Source: a virus. Taken from it: a stretch of 64,000 nt of DNA. This document shows, piece by piece, positions 27,915-36,289 of this stretch (position 1 is the first letter of the stretch; every line of letters starts with the position of its first letter). Where the stretch lies: IMG/VR virus record IMGVR_UViG_3300050821_007134, positions 64,001 to 128,000 of that record; one strand, written 5' to 3'. Position numbers and translations under genes: made by a program. The notes under the pieces were generated by a model. The model saw nothing but the letters and a program-made list of their open reading frames with translations. It ran no database searches and was not told where the DNA came from.

Positions 27915-29315
27915 TTATGATCCACCAGGGGTCAATTGACCAGTGATGTTCTCAAGAAGAACGTTTTTGCGAGGTTGGAAAACAGCGAGAGACAAGAATC
28001 TGAAATGTGCTTCGGGGAGCGACAAGTCATTGATTGCAAGTTTCAATTTGCTGTAAGGAGCCAATTGAGCGATGCTCATTGTGTTTCCTTGAACGAGGAA
28101 CCCTGTAACAGATCCTTCAGATCGGTTACCGAGGTCGGTAAATACTGGGTTACCAATCCCTTGAGAGATCTTACCGATGAACTTAGCAGAAGCGGCAGAT
28201 CCACCAGCACTTGAACGATAAACGTTGTAGTACTGAGCGCCAGCAACAGCGGTAATGGTAACGGTAACTTTATCACCGGCCAAAGCAACTGCTTGCGAAG
28301 CGGAAGGGGAGGGGAGCGACTCACCACGGATACTTACGGCGGTTACATAATAAACGTATGTAGCAGCTTGGAGTAATGATCCGGCAGCACCGGCATCAGC
28401 AAGAGCAGGAGCAGCGGGTTGATTTGGGCTGCCTGCGCGAGCGCGTGCGGGGCGGGTTTTACCAGAGAGGAAACGAGAAGCTTCTAGCGAAACAATGGCA
28501 CTTGATGTCCATTGAGTTCGTAAATGAGCGCCTGAGGCCTCTTGAGGAGAACCGGCGAGCATAATACGTTCTTTCGCATGAGCGATTTTGTTATATTGAC
28601 TGAGGGTGATAGGATCGAGAACGAGTCTGTCAGCAGCACCCATGTTCATTGCTGAACGAACCGAGCTATCTTCGATGATGGACTGTGCTAATGCACCGCC
28701 AACAGAGAGGATAACAGTTTGGTCTGAACCGTACTCAGCAAACATCAAGTCTTGAGTGTTTGATTGAGCATCGGATTGACGAACTTGTTGATCGAGACCG
28801 ATCATGTTTGGAACTTTTGCGACTGCAAGAGGGTTACCATCGAACACCCCAGCATTGGAGAAATCTGATTGTCCTCGGAAGAGGTCAAATTCGATATCGC
28901 CAGCAAGCTTCATAGCTGCGTCAGCTGAAGCTCTATCTTCGGCTTTAACACCGTCGAAAGCACCAATCATATTGGCAGCAACAGTGACTCGACGAGTCGT
29001 GCTGTAATATGACATGGGGACTACTGCACGAACATAATTCGTGGTGTCTTCTTCGCCGATTCCGCCTTCAAATTGAGCAGAACCTCCGAAAATACCATAG
29101 TCAAGTTGACGGTTAAACTGGTGAAGCTGAGACTTAACGTCTTTGCTTGGCAGCATTTTTTGCAACTTGATATGACTGTCATCGAATGTAACATTATGCA
29201 TTACGGGGGAAAGATCTTCCACCATAAGTGCAGCACCTTGAGCCAATTGGCCGGGAGCCGCGTTATAGCTACCTGCTTCTAGGGCTTTCATAAGTGACTG
29301 AAGTTGTTCGATCAT
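27915..29315 (-). CDS. major capsid protein (SPO1/Twort-like)
   Basis: KAL.AG...GAAL.VEDL start, IEFDLF.G, Ig-like insertion with Y.VTAV...GES and YNVYRS, LAVFQPRKN C-terminus. Confidence 0.85.
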   Translation of the reverse strand: MIEQLQSLMKALEAGSYNAAPGQLAQGAALMVEDLSPVMHNVTFDDSHIKLQKMLPSKDVKSQLHQFNRQLDYGIFGGSAQFEGGIGEEDTTNYVRAVVPMSYYSTTRRVTVAANMIGAFDGVKAEDRASADAAMKLAGDIEFDLFRGQSDFSNAGVFDGNPLAVAKVPNMIGLDQQVRQSDAQSNTQDLMFAEYGSDQTVILSVGGALAQSIIEDSSVRSAMNMGAADRLVLDPITLSQYNKIAHAKERIMLAGSPQEASGAHLRTQWTSSAIVSLEASRFLSGKTRPARARAGSPNQPAAPALADAGAAGSLLQAATYVYYVTAVSIRGESLPSPSASQAVALAGDKVTVTITAVAGAQYYNVYRSSAGGSAASAKFIGKISQGIGNPVFTDLGNRSEGSVTGFLVQGNTMSIAQLAPYSKLKLAINDLSLPEAHFRFLSLAVFQPRKNVLLENITGQLTPGGS

Positions 29316-29345
29316 ATTTTTCTCCTTGTTTCCTTATGCCTCTGT

Positions 29346-30260
29346 TTATTTAAGCAGATGGCTAATAGTTTTAATGTCGGCACCATTTAAATAAAATTCG
29401 TTGATCGCATCTCGGTCAGCTTTGGCCAAGGTAGGATCAGCGGACTTTTTCAATAAAATCGGGGTAATTTCACTCTTTGTGAGTGGCTGTACTTCTGCTC
29501 CAGCGCCTTCGCCTTTGGCAATTACATCAATTGATGTAATAGCTTTTTGGGGAGGAGGAGTAGTTTTCTCAACAAACTTCGTTAAGAAAGCGGTTACTGC
29601 GTTAAGTTGATTCTTCGAATCTTCATTTTCTTTTTTGAGAGACTCGATTTCAGATTTCAAAAGATCGGCTTCTGACTTATTCATTTCGCTTCCTTTGTTA
29701 AGTACAGGTTGAGGTGTTTCTGAATCAGCGGACTTAGCGCCCGGCGATCCCTTCGGGGGACATTTCTCAATTTCTGCCTTATTCAAGACAGGTTGAGGTG
29801 TTTCTGAATCTGAGGATTTAGCCCCAGGAGAACCCTTCGGAGGGTTTGCTTCGATTTTCCCAGTTTCGGTCTTATTAAGAACCGGTTGGGGCGTTTCAGA
29901 AGCTTCAGATTTGGCTCCAGGTGAACCTTTGGGAGGGCAAGCGTTCATTTCTCCGCCATTGCCGTCTGCTTTTGCGAGATCGCCATCGGTCATTGCCTTT
30001 GCGATTGACTCATGATGAGCTTTTAACTCACCCTTCGACATAGACTTATACATTTTATGCATAGCCTTTTTGTCTTCTTCGTCGTAATCACAATCCTCAT
30101 TCTTTTCAATAGCGGTCGTTTCCGACTTAACTACTTCAGCGGAGGGCTCTGATTTTGCAAGCGGGGCAGCGGCCTCGCCTTCAGCTTTCTTAAGCTCTAC
30201 TGAGAATTCTTTTTCGATTTCCGAAACAAGACTCAATAGTTGCTGTTCTGTGTAATGCAT
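29346..30260 (-). CDS. capsid scaffolding protein
   Basis: immediately upstream of MCP; acidic/coiled-coil; many LxKS/A motifs; internal repeats. Confidence 0.7.
   Translation of the reverse strand: MHYTEQQLLSLVSEIEKEFSVELKKAEGEAAAPLAKSEPSAEVVKSETTAIEKNEDCDYDEEDKKAMHKMYKSMSKGELKAHHESIAKAMTDGDLAKADGNGGEMNACPPKGSPGAKSEASETPQPVLNKTETGKIEANPPKGSPGAKSSDSETPQPVLNKAEIEKCPPKGSPGAKSADSETPQPVLNKGSEMNKSEADLLKSEIESLKKENEDSKNQLNAVTAFLTKFVEKTTPPPQKAITSIDVIAKGEGAGAEVQPLTKSEITPILLKKSADPTLAKADRDAINEFYLNGADIKTISHLLK
29695..29945 (-). repeat. three copies of PPKGSPGAKSxxSETPQPVLNK
   Basis: near-identical coding repeats. Confidence 0.85.
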
Positions 30261-30295
30261 AATTCAAACCTCCTTTATTGATCCAACGTCTCCAA

Positions 30296-30781
30296 TTAAA
30301 CAGATTTAGTTGGCCAGTAAAGTTCGTCGATATCTGCGATTGGGGAAGCAGCCATAACGTTTGCATCCGTAGCAGCAGATCCGTTAGCAAGCTCAGCAAG
30401 CTGCCAACGAGCGCCAACTTTAATCGATTCAAATTTGATCGCTTCAAGATCGGCGTGTGAGGGAATTGGATTTGTACCGGCTGCGCCACTTAACTCATAG
30501 CCCATTCTGATGATGTGTGGGGCGTATGCGTCAGTACCGTTACCGAAAATATCTTTAGAAACAGCGTCTACGTTGCGACAGTCGATAATAACGACAGGCT
30601 GACCTTCAGCTTCGTTACCGTTCTCAGAAATAGCAAGATAGGGCCAAACTGCACCGTTTGCATCGGCAGCAGAGAAAGCCGTTCTGACTGAATTCATTGA
30701 TGTGCCGCTATAGGCAAGTCTTTTCGACAGTTTATCGCTAAGATCTCTCAAGAGGGCGATTGCTTTTGCATTACTGTACAT
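30296..30781 (-). CDS. putative capsid-associated protein
   Basis: first gene of capsid operon, AAGGAG RBS. Confidence 0.55.
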   Translation of the reverse strand: MYSNAKAIALLRDLSDKLSKRLAYSGTSMNSVRTAFSAADANGAVWPYLAISENGNEAEGQPVVIIDCRNVDAVSKDIFGNGTDAYAPHIIRMGYELSGAAGTNPIPSHADLEAIKFESIKVGARWQLAELANGSAATDANVMAASPIADIDELYWPTKSV

Positions 30782-30968
30782 ATTTTATTTCTCCTTAAAT
30801 TTGTCAGTGTTTAACACTTGACCATTCTTTAAAACGTGAATGGGATAACTTACGTAATGTCTAAATGATTACTACTCTTGACCAAAAATCAATGATTTCC
30901 AATACTTCCAGACCGTTTTTGGGAAAAGTGGCTATTTACATAAAATCTGATATATTTTAGGCTGGGGC

Positions 30969-30976
30969 AATCTTTA
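30969..30976 (+). promoter_or_regulatory. putative late promoter element AATCTTTA
   Basis: same motif found upstream of minus-strand structural genes, here on the plus strand 21 nt before the protease ATG. Confidence 0.6.
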
Positions 30977-30997
30977 CTTTGGAGATACACGAACATT

Positions 30998-32512
30998 ATG
31001 GCCACTCTAATTCACGGGATTGCCGCTTCAGAAAATATTGACTCTTCGGGCGAAAGAATCATCATTGCCGGTATGGATATTTCCAGTCTTGAAAAAGACG
31101 GAGTTTTCAACTGGGAACACAAATCTGACCAACCAGCTCAAGTAGTTGGTAAGATATTGAAAGCAAAGAAGATTTTCTCAGAAAAAGACTGCGAAAATGA
31201 GCATGAAAAGCGCTTTTGGGAAAAATGTGGAGTTCCATTCGTCTATGTAATGGGCGAACTTTTGGATGACTATAAAGAATCAGCCAAAGAAGTGGCCGGT
31301 ACCTTCCGATACGATCATGATCACAAAGACCGCGACGAACGCAGTATTTCGAACTTCTCTATAGAAGGGGCTAAAATCAACAAAGTAGGAATGGACGTTC
31401 CTAATTCTATTGCGCGCAAGGTCACGATTACTGTCCATCCCTGTAATAAAGTGGCCATCGCCACCCTTTACCCTACAGATAAAAAATCACATTCCAAAAA
31501 AGATGATATAGATTCACTATTTAAGACCGAAAGTACGGAAATTGAACTTTTCAAAGCAGAAGATCTCGATTATGGTAAAATGACCCTTTCTGAGGCCATG
31601 GCCAAAAAAGAAGATCCTGCCGTTCATGCAAAAGCCTTGGGAGTTGAACCTATGAAAAAAGAAGATATTGCCGGTACGACTGGCGCTCCCGCCAATGTCG
31701 CGCAACGCGCCCTTCCAATGATTAAAGCCGGTTCGGCCCCCGCGAAACCCAATTTAAACATAGTTGGCGAAAATGGCCATAAACTTGGTACGACTAAGGG
31801 CGGCCATGATATTCATAGTCACAAACGGGTCCACGAATATGGTCCAATGCATCCTAATGATCACCTTGAAGCTGCGAATATGCACTTTAATGCTGCTCAG
31901 GCCGCCCGAGACCCAAAAACAGGATCTCATCATATGGATAAAGTCCGTCTTCATATGGAAGCACATAAAACTTCCTCTCGTAGGGAAGAAAGACTTCATC
32001 CAAAGGAAAAATTGGCCAAAACCCTAGATGCTGGTTCTATGATGGCTCCGCCTGCCGGATTATCTGGAGGCGCCGCATTACAATCTGAAAGCCTCGGCGG
32101 GAAAATGCAAAATACTTCCTTTGGTATGAAATCCAAAGAAAAGAAAAATAAGTGGCTTGCTCGCGCTGAAGAAGAATATCAGGTTTGGAGCAAGAAAGAA
32201 GAATTCTCTGGCTTCATGCAGCAAAAACTCCCTAACTTTAAAAAACATGAAATCGATGCAATTGGTCGAACTGTCGCCCTCAAAAAGGGTATGGCCGAAT
32301 CAAAAAAATGGCTCGCTAAGTTTGGATACTCTGAAGATGGCGTTCCTTCTGGCACAATGGGCCAAAATACTCCCGGCGGAAGCGCTATTGCCAAATCAGA
32401 TATTATGATGGCTTCAGAACGAAGTAAAAACGAAATGCGCAAATTCTTCTCCAAAGCCATAAATGAACAAGCCAAAGATTTAAAGACAAAAGATATCAAC
32501 GAATTATGTTAA
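30998..32512 (+). CDS. prohead (maturation) protease with long C-terminal extension
   Basis: GIAASENIDSSGE...FNWEH...FSIEG...VTITVHPCN (HK97/SPO1-type protease motifs). Confidence 0.8.
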   Translation: MATLIHGIAASENIDSSGERIIIAGMDISSLEKDGVFNWEHKSDQPAQVVGKILKAKKIFSEKDCENEHEKRFWEKCGVPFVYVMGELLDDYKESAKEVAGTFRYDHDHKDRDERSISNFSIEGAKINKVGMDVPNSIARKVTITVHPCNKVAIATLYPTDKKSHSKKDDIDSLFKTESTEIELFKAEDLDYGKMTLSEAMAKKEDPAVHAKALGVEPMKKEDIAGTTGAPANVAQRALPMIKAGSAPAKPNLNIVGENGHKLGTTKGGHDIHSHKRVHEYGPMHPNDHLEAANMHFNAAQAARDPKTGSHHMDKVRLHMEAHKTSSRREERLHPKEKLAKTLDAGSMMAPPAGLSGGAALQSESLGGKMQNTSFGMKSKEKKNKWLARAEEEYQVWSKKEEFSGFMQQKLPNFKKHEIDAIGRTVALKKGMAESKKWLAKFGYSEDGVPSGTMGQNTPGGSAIAKSDIMMASERSKNEMRKFFSKAINEQAKDLKTKDINELC

Positions 32513-32656
32513 TCGTGCGGTGGGGATGGACCCGCGTGCCAACGAAGCATCCGTAAGGGTGGACGATCTCAATCCGCAGACCACGTTGGACAGATTTCGT
32601 AGAGCCATATGATTGAGGGCGACTACGATAGCCGGAATCAAGCCCGGCACACGGTT
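32511..32656 (+). ncRNA. candidate structured RNA with kissing loops and tRNA-like outer frame
   Basis: GC-rich intergenic stretch with six complementary segment pairs, followed by a terminator. Confidence 0.55.
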
Positions 32657-32659
32657 TAG

Positions 32660-32684
32660 GCCCGCCAGTGATGGCGGGTTTTTT
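32660..32684 (+). terminator. intrinsic terminator
   Basis: CCCGCCA-GTGA-TGGCGGG-TTTTTT. Confidence 0.85.
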
Positions 32685-32685
32685 C

Positions 32686-32713
32686 TTGCCTTTTTCTAAA
32701 TTAGCGCTATACT
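32686..32713 (+). promoter_or_regulatory. putative sigma70-type promoter for ligase operon
   Basis: TTGCCT-16 nt-TATACT. Confidence 0.45.
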
Positions 32714-32748
32714 GGTTTCATGGAGTTAGTTCCATTATAGGGGTCAAA

Positions 32749-33942
32749 ATGAAGAATTTTCCTACTCTTTACAAGAAAACATCAACAGGCGCGATTCAGT
32801 TTTGGACAATAGCAACATGGTTTGGACGGGAATCTGAAACTGGAGACGACGCACAGGATTATACGGCAAGTATCATAACTACCTATGGCCAGCTTGGAAC
32901 AGACAGTCCACAAGTGACTCACGACAAAATCAAAGAAGGTAAAAACAAAGGTAAGAAGAATGAAACTTCAGCCGAACAACAGGCCGATGCAGAAGCTCAA
33001 GCTAAATGGGAAAAACAAAAGAAAAAGGGCTATGTTGAAACCAAAGAAGAAGCTGAAGCTGGTACCGTGGATGCTATCATTGAAGGCGGCATCGTGCCTA
33101 TGTTGGCTCACAAATTCAGAGATCAAGGACATAAAATAAAATATCCCGCATTCGCTCAACCTAAATTGGACGGCCATCGTTGCATTGCTATTGTAAAAGA
33201 CAGCCAAGTTTCTCTTTGGTCACGTACTCGTAAGAGAATCACTTCCATGCCACATATCGAGGCTGAAATTGCTGAAATATTTAAGGCTAGCGCTGACGGC
33301 ACAACTTACAATGCCATTTTGGATGGCGAGCTTTACAACCATGACTTTAAAAAGGATTTCGAAAAAATAACATCTGCCATTAGAAAAGAAAAACCAGAAG
33401 AAGGCTATTTGAACGTTCAATATCATATCTATGATATGGATAGAAATGGCGATTTCGAAGACAGAACTCGTACTCTGCGCGGAATAATGACAATTCATGA
33501 AGATAGAAATGGACCATTCAAGTATTTGAAGCGTGTAACTACTCAATGGGTAGAAAATGAAGAACAGCTCATGGAATTTTTTGAAGCATCTCTAGTTCAA
33601 GGATACGAGGGCGCGATGGTTCGGAATGCCGCAGGAGAATATGAAAACAAACGTTCCTACAATTTATTAAAAATCAAGGAGTTCGATGATGCAGAGTTCC
33701 CAATTATTGGAATTGAAGAAGGGCGTGGAAAGCTTGCCGGGCACGCAATTTTTATTTGTCGGGATGGAAAAGGAAAGGAATTTTCTGCTAAAATGCGCGG
33801 AGACACATCGAAACTTAAAGAATTCTTCGATAACCGATCGCTGTGGGATGGAAAAATGCTCACTGTGCAATATCAAGGGCTTACAGGCAAGGAAGGCGTT
33901 CCTAGATTTCCTGTTGGGGTACGTATAAGGGAGGACGCATGA
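32749..33942 (+). CDS. ATP-dependent DNA ligase (N-terminal WGR-like domain); probable start MKNFPTL at 32749
   Basis: QPKLDGHR adenylation motif, LDGELY, YEGAMVR, LLKIKE, PRFP. Confidence 0.9.
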   Translation: MKNFPTLYKKTSTGAIQFWTIATWFGRESETGDDAQDYTASIITTYGQLGTDSPQVTHDKIKEGKNKGKKNETSAEQQADAEAQAKWEKQKKKGYVETKEEAEAGTVDAIIEGGIVPMLAHKFRDQGHKIKYPAFAQPKLDGHRCIAIVKDSQVSLWSRTRKRITSMPHIEAEIAEIFKASADGTTYNAILDGELYNHDFKKDFEKITSAIRKEKPEEGYLNVQYHIYDMDRNGDFEDRTRTLRGIMTIHEDRNGPFKYLKRVTTQWVENEEQLMEFFEASLVQGYEGAMVRNAAGEYENKRSYNLLKIKEFDDAEFPIIGIEEGRGKLAGHAIFICRDGKGKEFSAKMRGDTSKLKEFFDNRSLWDGKMLTVQYQGLTGKEGVPRFPVGVRIREDA

Positions 33943-34067
33943 GTCCTGTAGTGATTAAACTTATCTTAGTTTTCTTTTTGAGTTTACTCGCTTTTAGCGT
34001 TGGCACTTTCGTTGGAAAGCAATTTTCAGATTCTCAAAGTAGAATTGAAGAACTGGAAGGAAAATGA
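33939..34067 (+). CDS. small membrane protein (42 aa, not in ORF track)
   Basis: GGAGG RBS, ATGA overlaps at both ends, similar to the next ORF (VGTFVGKQFS vs IGTLVGKQYS). Confidence 0.55.
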   Translation: MSPVVIKLILVFFLSLLAFSVGTFVGKQFSDSQSRIEELEGK

Positions 34068-34309
34068 GACAGATAGATAATAAAGAAGCAAAAGATATTG
34101 CTATTAGGATAGTTTTTGTCCTTTTACTTGGAGTTGCATCCTTTTATATTGGAACTCTTGTTGGCAAACAATATTCAGAAGGTTATCAAAAAGAATTAGC
34201 CGATAGAGCCGCCATGGATGAACGAGAAAGAGACACAACCAAACTGATCGATGATGAAATCAAATCAATCAGTAAATCCATCCAAGAAATTGAAAAGGTC
34301 AATAAATGA
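34064..34309 (+). CDS. membrane-anchored small protein
   Basis: TM helix plus coiled coil. Confidence 0.55.
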   Translation: MRQIDNKEAKDIAIRIVFVLLLGVASFYIGTLVGKQYSEGYQKELADRAAMDERERDTTKLIDDEIKSISKSIQEIEKVNK

Positions 34310-34692
34310 AAAATGTAGTCTTTAAAGATGTGGTAATTTTAAGGATCGATGGAGAAGCAGATCTTTTTGGACAAAGTTTTGCTATCAATTCAGAAGTTAA
34401 GATTCCCACAGAACTACCTGTCTATTGCTCTGTTCCAATGCAATACGTTGCTATTGCAAAAAATGTAAAGCGCATCGACTCAGTAGTAGTCGCAGATATT
34501 CACGTTTATAATGAATGTAAAATACCCATTGAAGTCTTGAGACACTTAAAACCCTGCATTTCTGGCTTTTGTAAAAGTCAGAATAAAGTAGTCGAGCAAG
34601 CAGAAATAAAGTCCATAGATCTTACACCTTACAATGCAGATAAAAGAATTGAATCCTTAGTCAACTATACATTTGTTTGGATGGAGGAGTAA
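34306..34692 (+). CDS. hypothetical protein (weak resemblance to HK97 protease fold)
   Basis: coupled ORF. Confidence 0.5.
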   Translation: MKNVVFKDVVILRIDGEADLFGQSFAINSEVKIPTELPVYCSVPMQYVAIAKNVKRIDSVVVADIHVYNECKIPIEVLRHLKPCISGFCKSQNKVVEQAEIKSIDLTPYNADKRIESLVNYTFVWMEE

Positions 34693-34898
34693 TGTTGTCT
34701 TGGAAAGAAAAATTACTTTGCCTTATGGCTTCTCTAGCCATTAACTTTTTGATTATTTGGTTTTTCGCTAGAGTCGTCAGACCAGCAATTAAAGAAGCCG
34801 TTCAAGGTGCATTCATAATGATGGGACAAGATGTTAGACGTGAAATTCCCGCCCGCTCGGACCAGGCGCCCGTAAGTCCACATGAACCCACGAAGTAG
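34692..34898 (+). CDS. small membrane protein (probable start MLSWKEK)
   Basis: GGAGGAG RBS; TM helix. Confidence 0.45.
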   Translation: MLSWKEKLLCLMASLAINFLIIWFFARVVRPAIKEAVQGAFIMMGQDVRREIPARSDQAPVSPHEPTK

Positions 34899-35385
34899 TC
34901 CCAAATTCCATTCGAATTCCTAATTCCTCAAGTCTTGGTCTCAGAATATCTTTAATTTGGTCAATCGTTAGATGGGGAGCGCAATCAAAGTCACAGGCAA
35001 TGCTCATGGAGTGAACATCATGAACTGGAGCGATATTTTGACTCGCATTGTAATCCTGGGATCTGAAGATACAATGTATGTTCATGGGAAACCCAAGTAT
35101 CTCTCTTATTTGATCTAACTTAACACATAGGTTAAGTAATTGTGTGGAATCGTATCCGTCGGCCTCGGTCGCCAAACGATTCCAATTATGAAGTAAGAGG
35201 CAGTTATTTACGGAGAAGTATTTTGACACTATGCATTCAGGATTGGACCAATCCAGGGAATTCATATCGGGAGCTTGAATTGGGGCCGGGGCGGGCGCCG
35301 CTGGAGCTGGAGTGCCTAAAAGTTTTTGCTGGAGCAGAGAAAGCCCAGCACTGATAATTTTGCTCCATATGTCATTATTAGCCAT
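34834..35385 (-). CDS. endolysin-like peptidase M15 (probable start MANNDIW at 35385)
   Basis: FRSQDYN...VHSMSIACDF...WVHVDLR Zn-peptidase motifs; AGAGG RBS; AATCTTA at 35424-35430. Confidence 0.75.
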   Translation of the reverse strand: MANNDIWSKIISAGLSLLQQKLLGTPAPAAPAPAPIQAPDMNSLDWSNPECIVSKYFSVNNCLLLHNWNRLATEADGYDSTQLLNLCVKLDQIREILGFPMNIHCIFRSQDYNASQNIAPVHDVHSMSIACDFDCAPHLTIDQIKDILRPRLEELGIRMEFGTTSWVHVDLRAPGPSGREFHV

Positions 35386-35443
35386 AAAAACCTCTTGATT
35401 ACAAGTAGAGTATATCCTATAATTAAGATTCACGGAGGCCAAA

Positions 35444-35617
35444 ATGAAGAAAGAAATGTCACTATGGGTCAGAATTACTGAGGACGGACGGGTTATTTGG
35501 TCCGCCGGTAAGAAAGAATGGCTTAGTAATCCCGAATCTCTTAAGGGAAGAGAAATGTATGATGTTGAATTAAAAGGAGAATACGAGGTTCCAGATGAAA
35601 AAGAAATCAGGAGTTGA
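35444..35617 (+). CDS. hypothetical protein (57 aa, not in ORF track)
   Basis: GGAGG RBS, open frame MKKEMSLW... Confidence 0.5.
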   Translation: MKKEMSLWVRITEDGRVIWSAGKKEWLSNPESLKGREMYDVELKGEYEVPDEKEIRS

Positions 35618-35858
35618 AGAAGGTGACGTAATTTTATTGACTGATGGTCGATTGGCCAGAGTCACTAGTCCTATGCAGGGCAGTATAGATTTCTACTTTA
35701 TGATGCAATTTATCGACACTAATGGCGAAACAATGCAATTAGACGACGGAACACTGGATATCGACAGAAATCTCGGCCAATCTGAAGAGATTTTGGCTAA
35801 TTTTTATGCGGCGCGCAGTATTCACCTTCGTTTAAATGACGCAAAATTGTTCTCATGA
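35595..35858 (+). CDS. hypothetical protein
   Basis: ORF in coupled run. Confidence 0.5.
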   Translation: MKKKSGVEEGDVILLTDGRLARVTSPMQGSIDFYFMMQFIDTNGETMQLDDGTLDIDRNLGQSEEILANFYAARSIHLRLNDAKLFS

Positions 35859-36178
35859 GACTGAAGCTCTATTTCCTTCCAGACCAGACTCCGATTCAAA
35901 TGGATTGGAATAAGAAGGTATTGGACTTTCCTAAAATTGTAAATTACAAATATAGGAATTGGGAATGGTTCATGTACAACCCTTTGGATAGTGCCGGTAC
36001 CGAATGGGAGCTTAAATTTACTGAGTTGAAAATTTATGACCCCAGAGCTTTAGAATGCCATCCAACCTTATCGGAAGTTATGGATGATGCGGCAAGTTAT
36101 AAATGTGATTGCGGGGCCGAGAAGAATCCTGACACTGGTGGCCATTGGCAATTTTGCAAATTGTATAAGAAAAATTAA
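35855..36178 (+). CDS. hypothetical protein with C-terminal CxC...H...C
   Basis: CDCGAEK...HWQFC. Confidence 0.55.
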   Translation: MRLKLYFLPDQTPIQMDWNKKVLDFPKIVNYKYRNWEWFMYNPLDSAGTEWELKFTELKIYDPRALECHPTLSEVMDDAASYKCDCGAEKNPDTGGHWQFCKLYKKN

Positions 36179-36184
36179 AAGTTG

Positions 36185-36193
36185 TGATATATT
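36185..36193 (+). promoter_or_regulatory. putative extended -10 promoter (TGnTATATT)
   Basis: 5 nt upstream of the tRNA-like gene. Confidence 0.45.
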
Positions 36194-36198
36194 ATTTG

Positions 36199-36281
36199 TG
36201 CGGGATAACTGGAGAACTGGTTGCACCAGACTGGCCTCATAAGCCAGAATACGAAGGGCCATGCTACTTCTCCCGCAACCA
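36199..36281 (+). tRNA. tRNA-Met/Ile2(CAT)-like, non-canonical D and T arms
   Basis: acceptor TGCGGGA/TCCCGCA, A-CCA end, anticodon arm CTGGC-CTCATAA-GCCAG; T-loop lacks TTC. Confidence 0.7.
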
Positions 36282-36289
36282 AATCATTA

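Noticed and set aside
28130-28430. Ig/FN3-like insertion in the major capsid protein as a novelty
   Set aside because: A known feature of SPO1/Twort-type capsid proteins
32668-32748. ORF-track N-terminal extensions of ligase, and likewise GroEL, terminase, endolysin and ClpP
   Set aside because: They overlap terminators, promoters or neighbouring genes; downstream ATGs fit better
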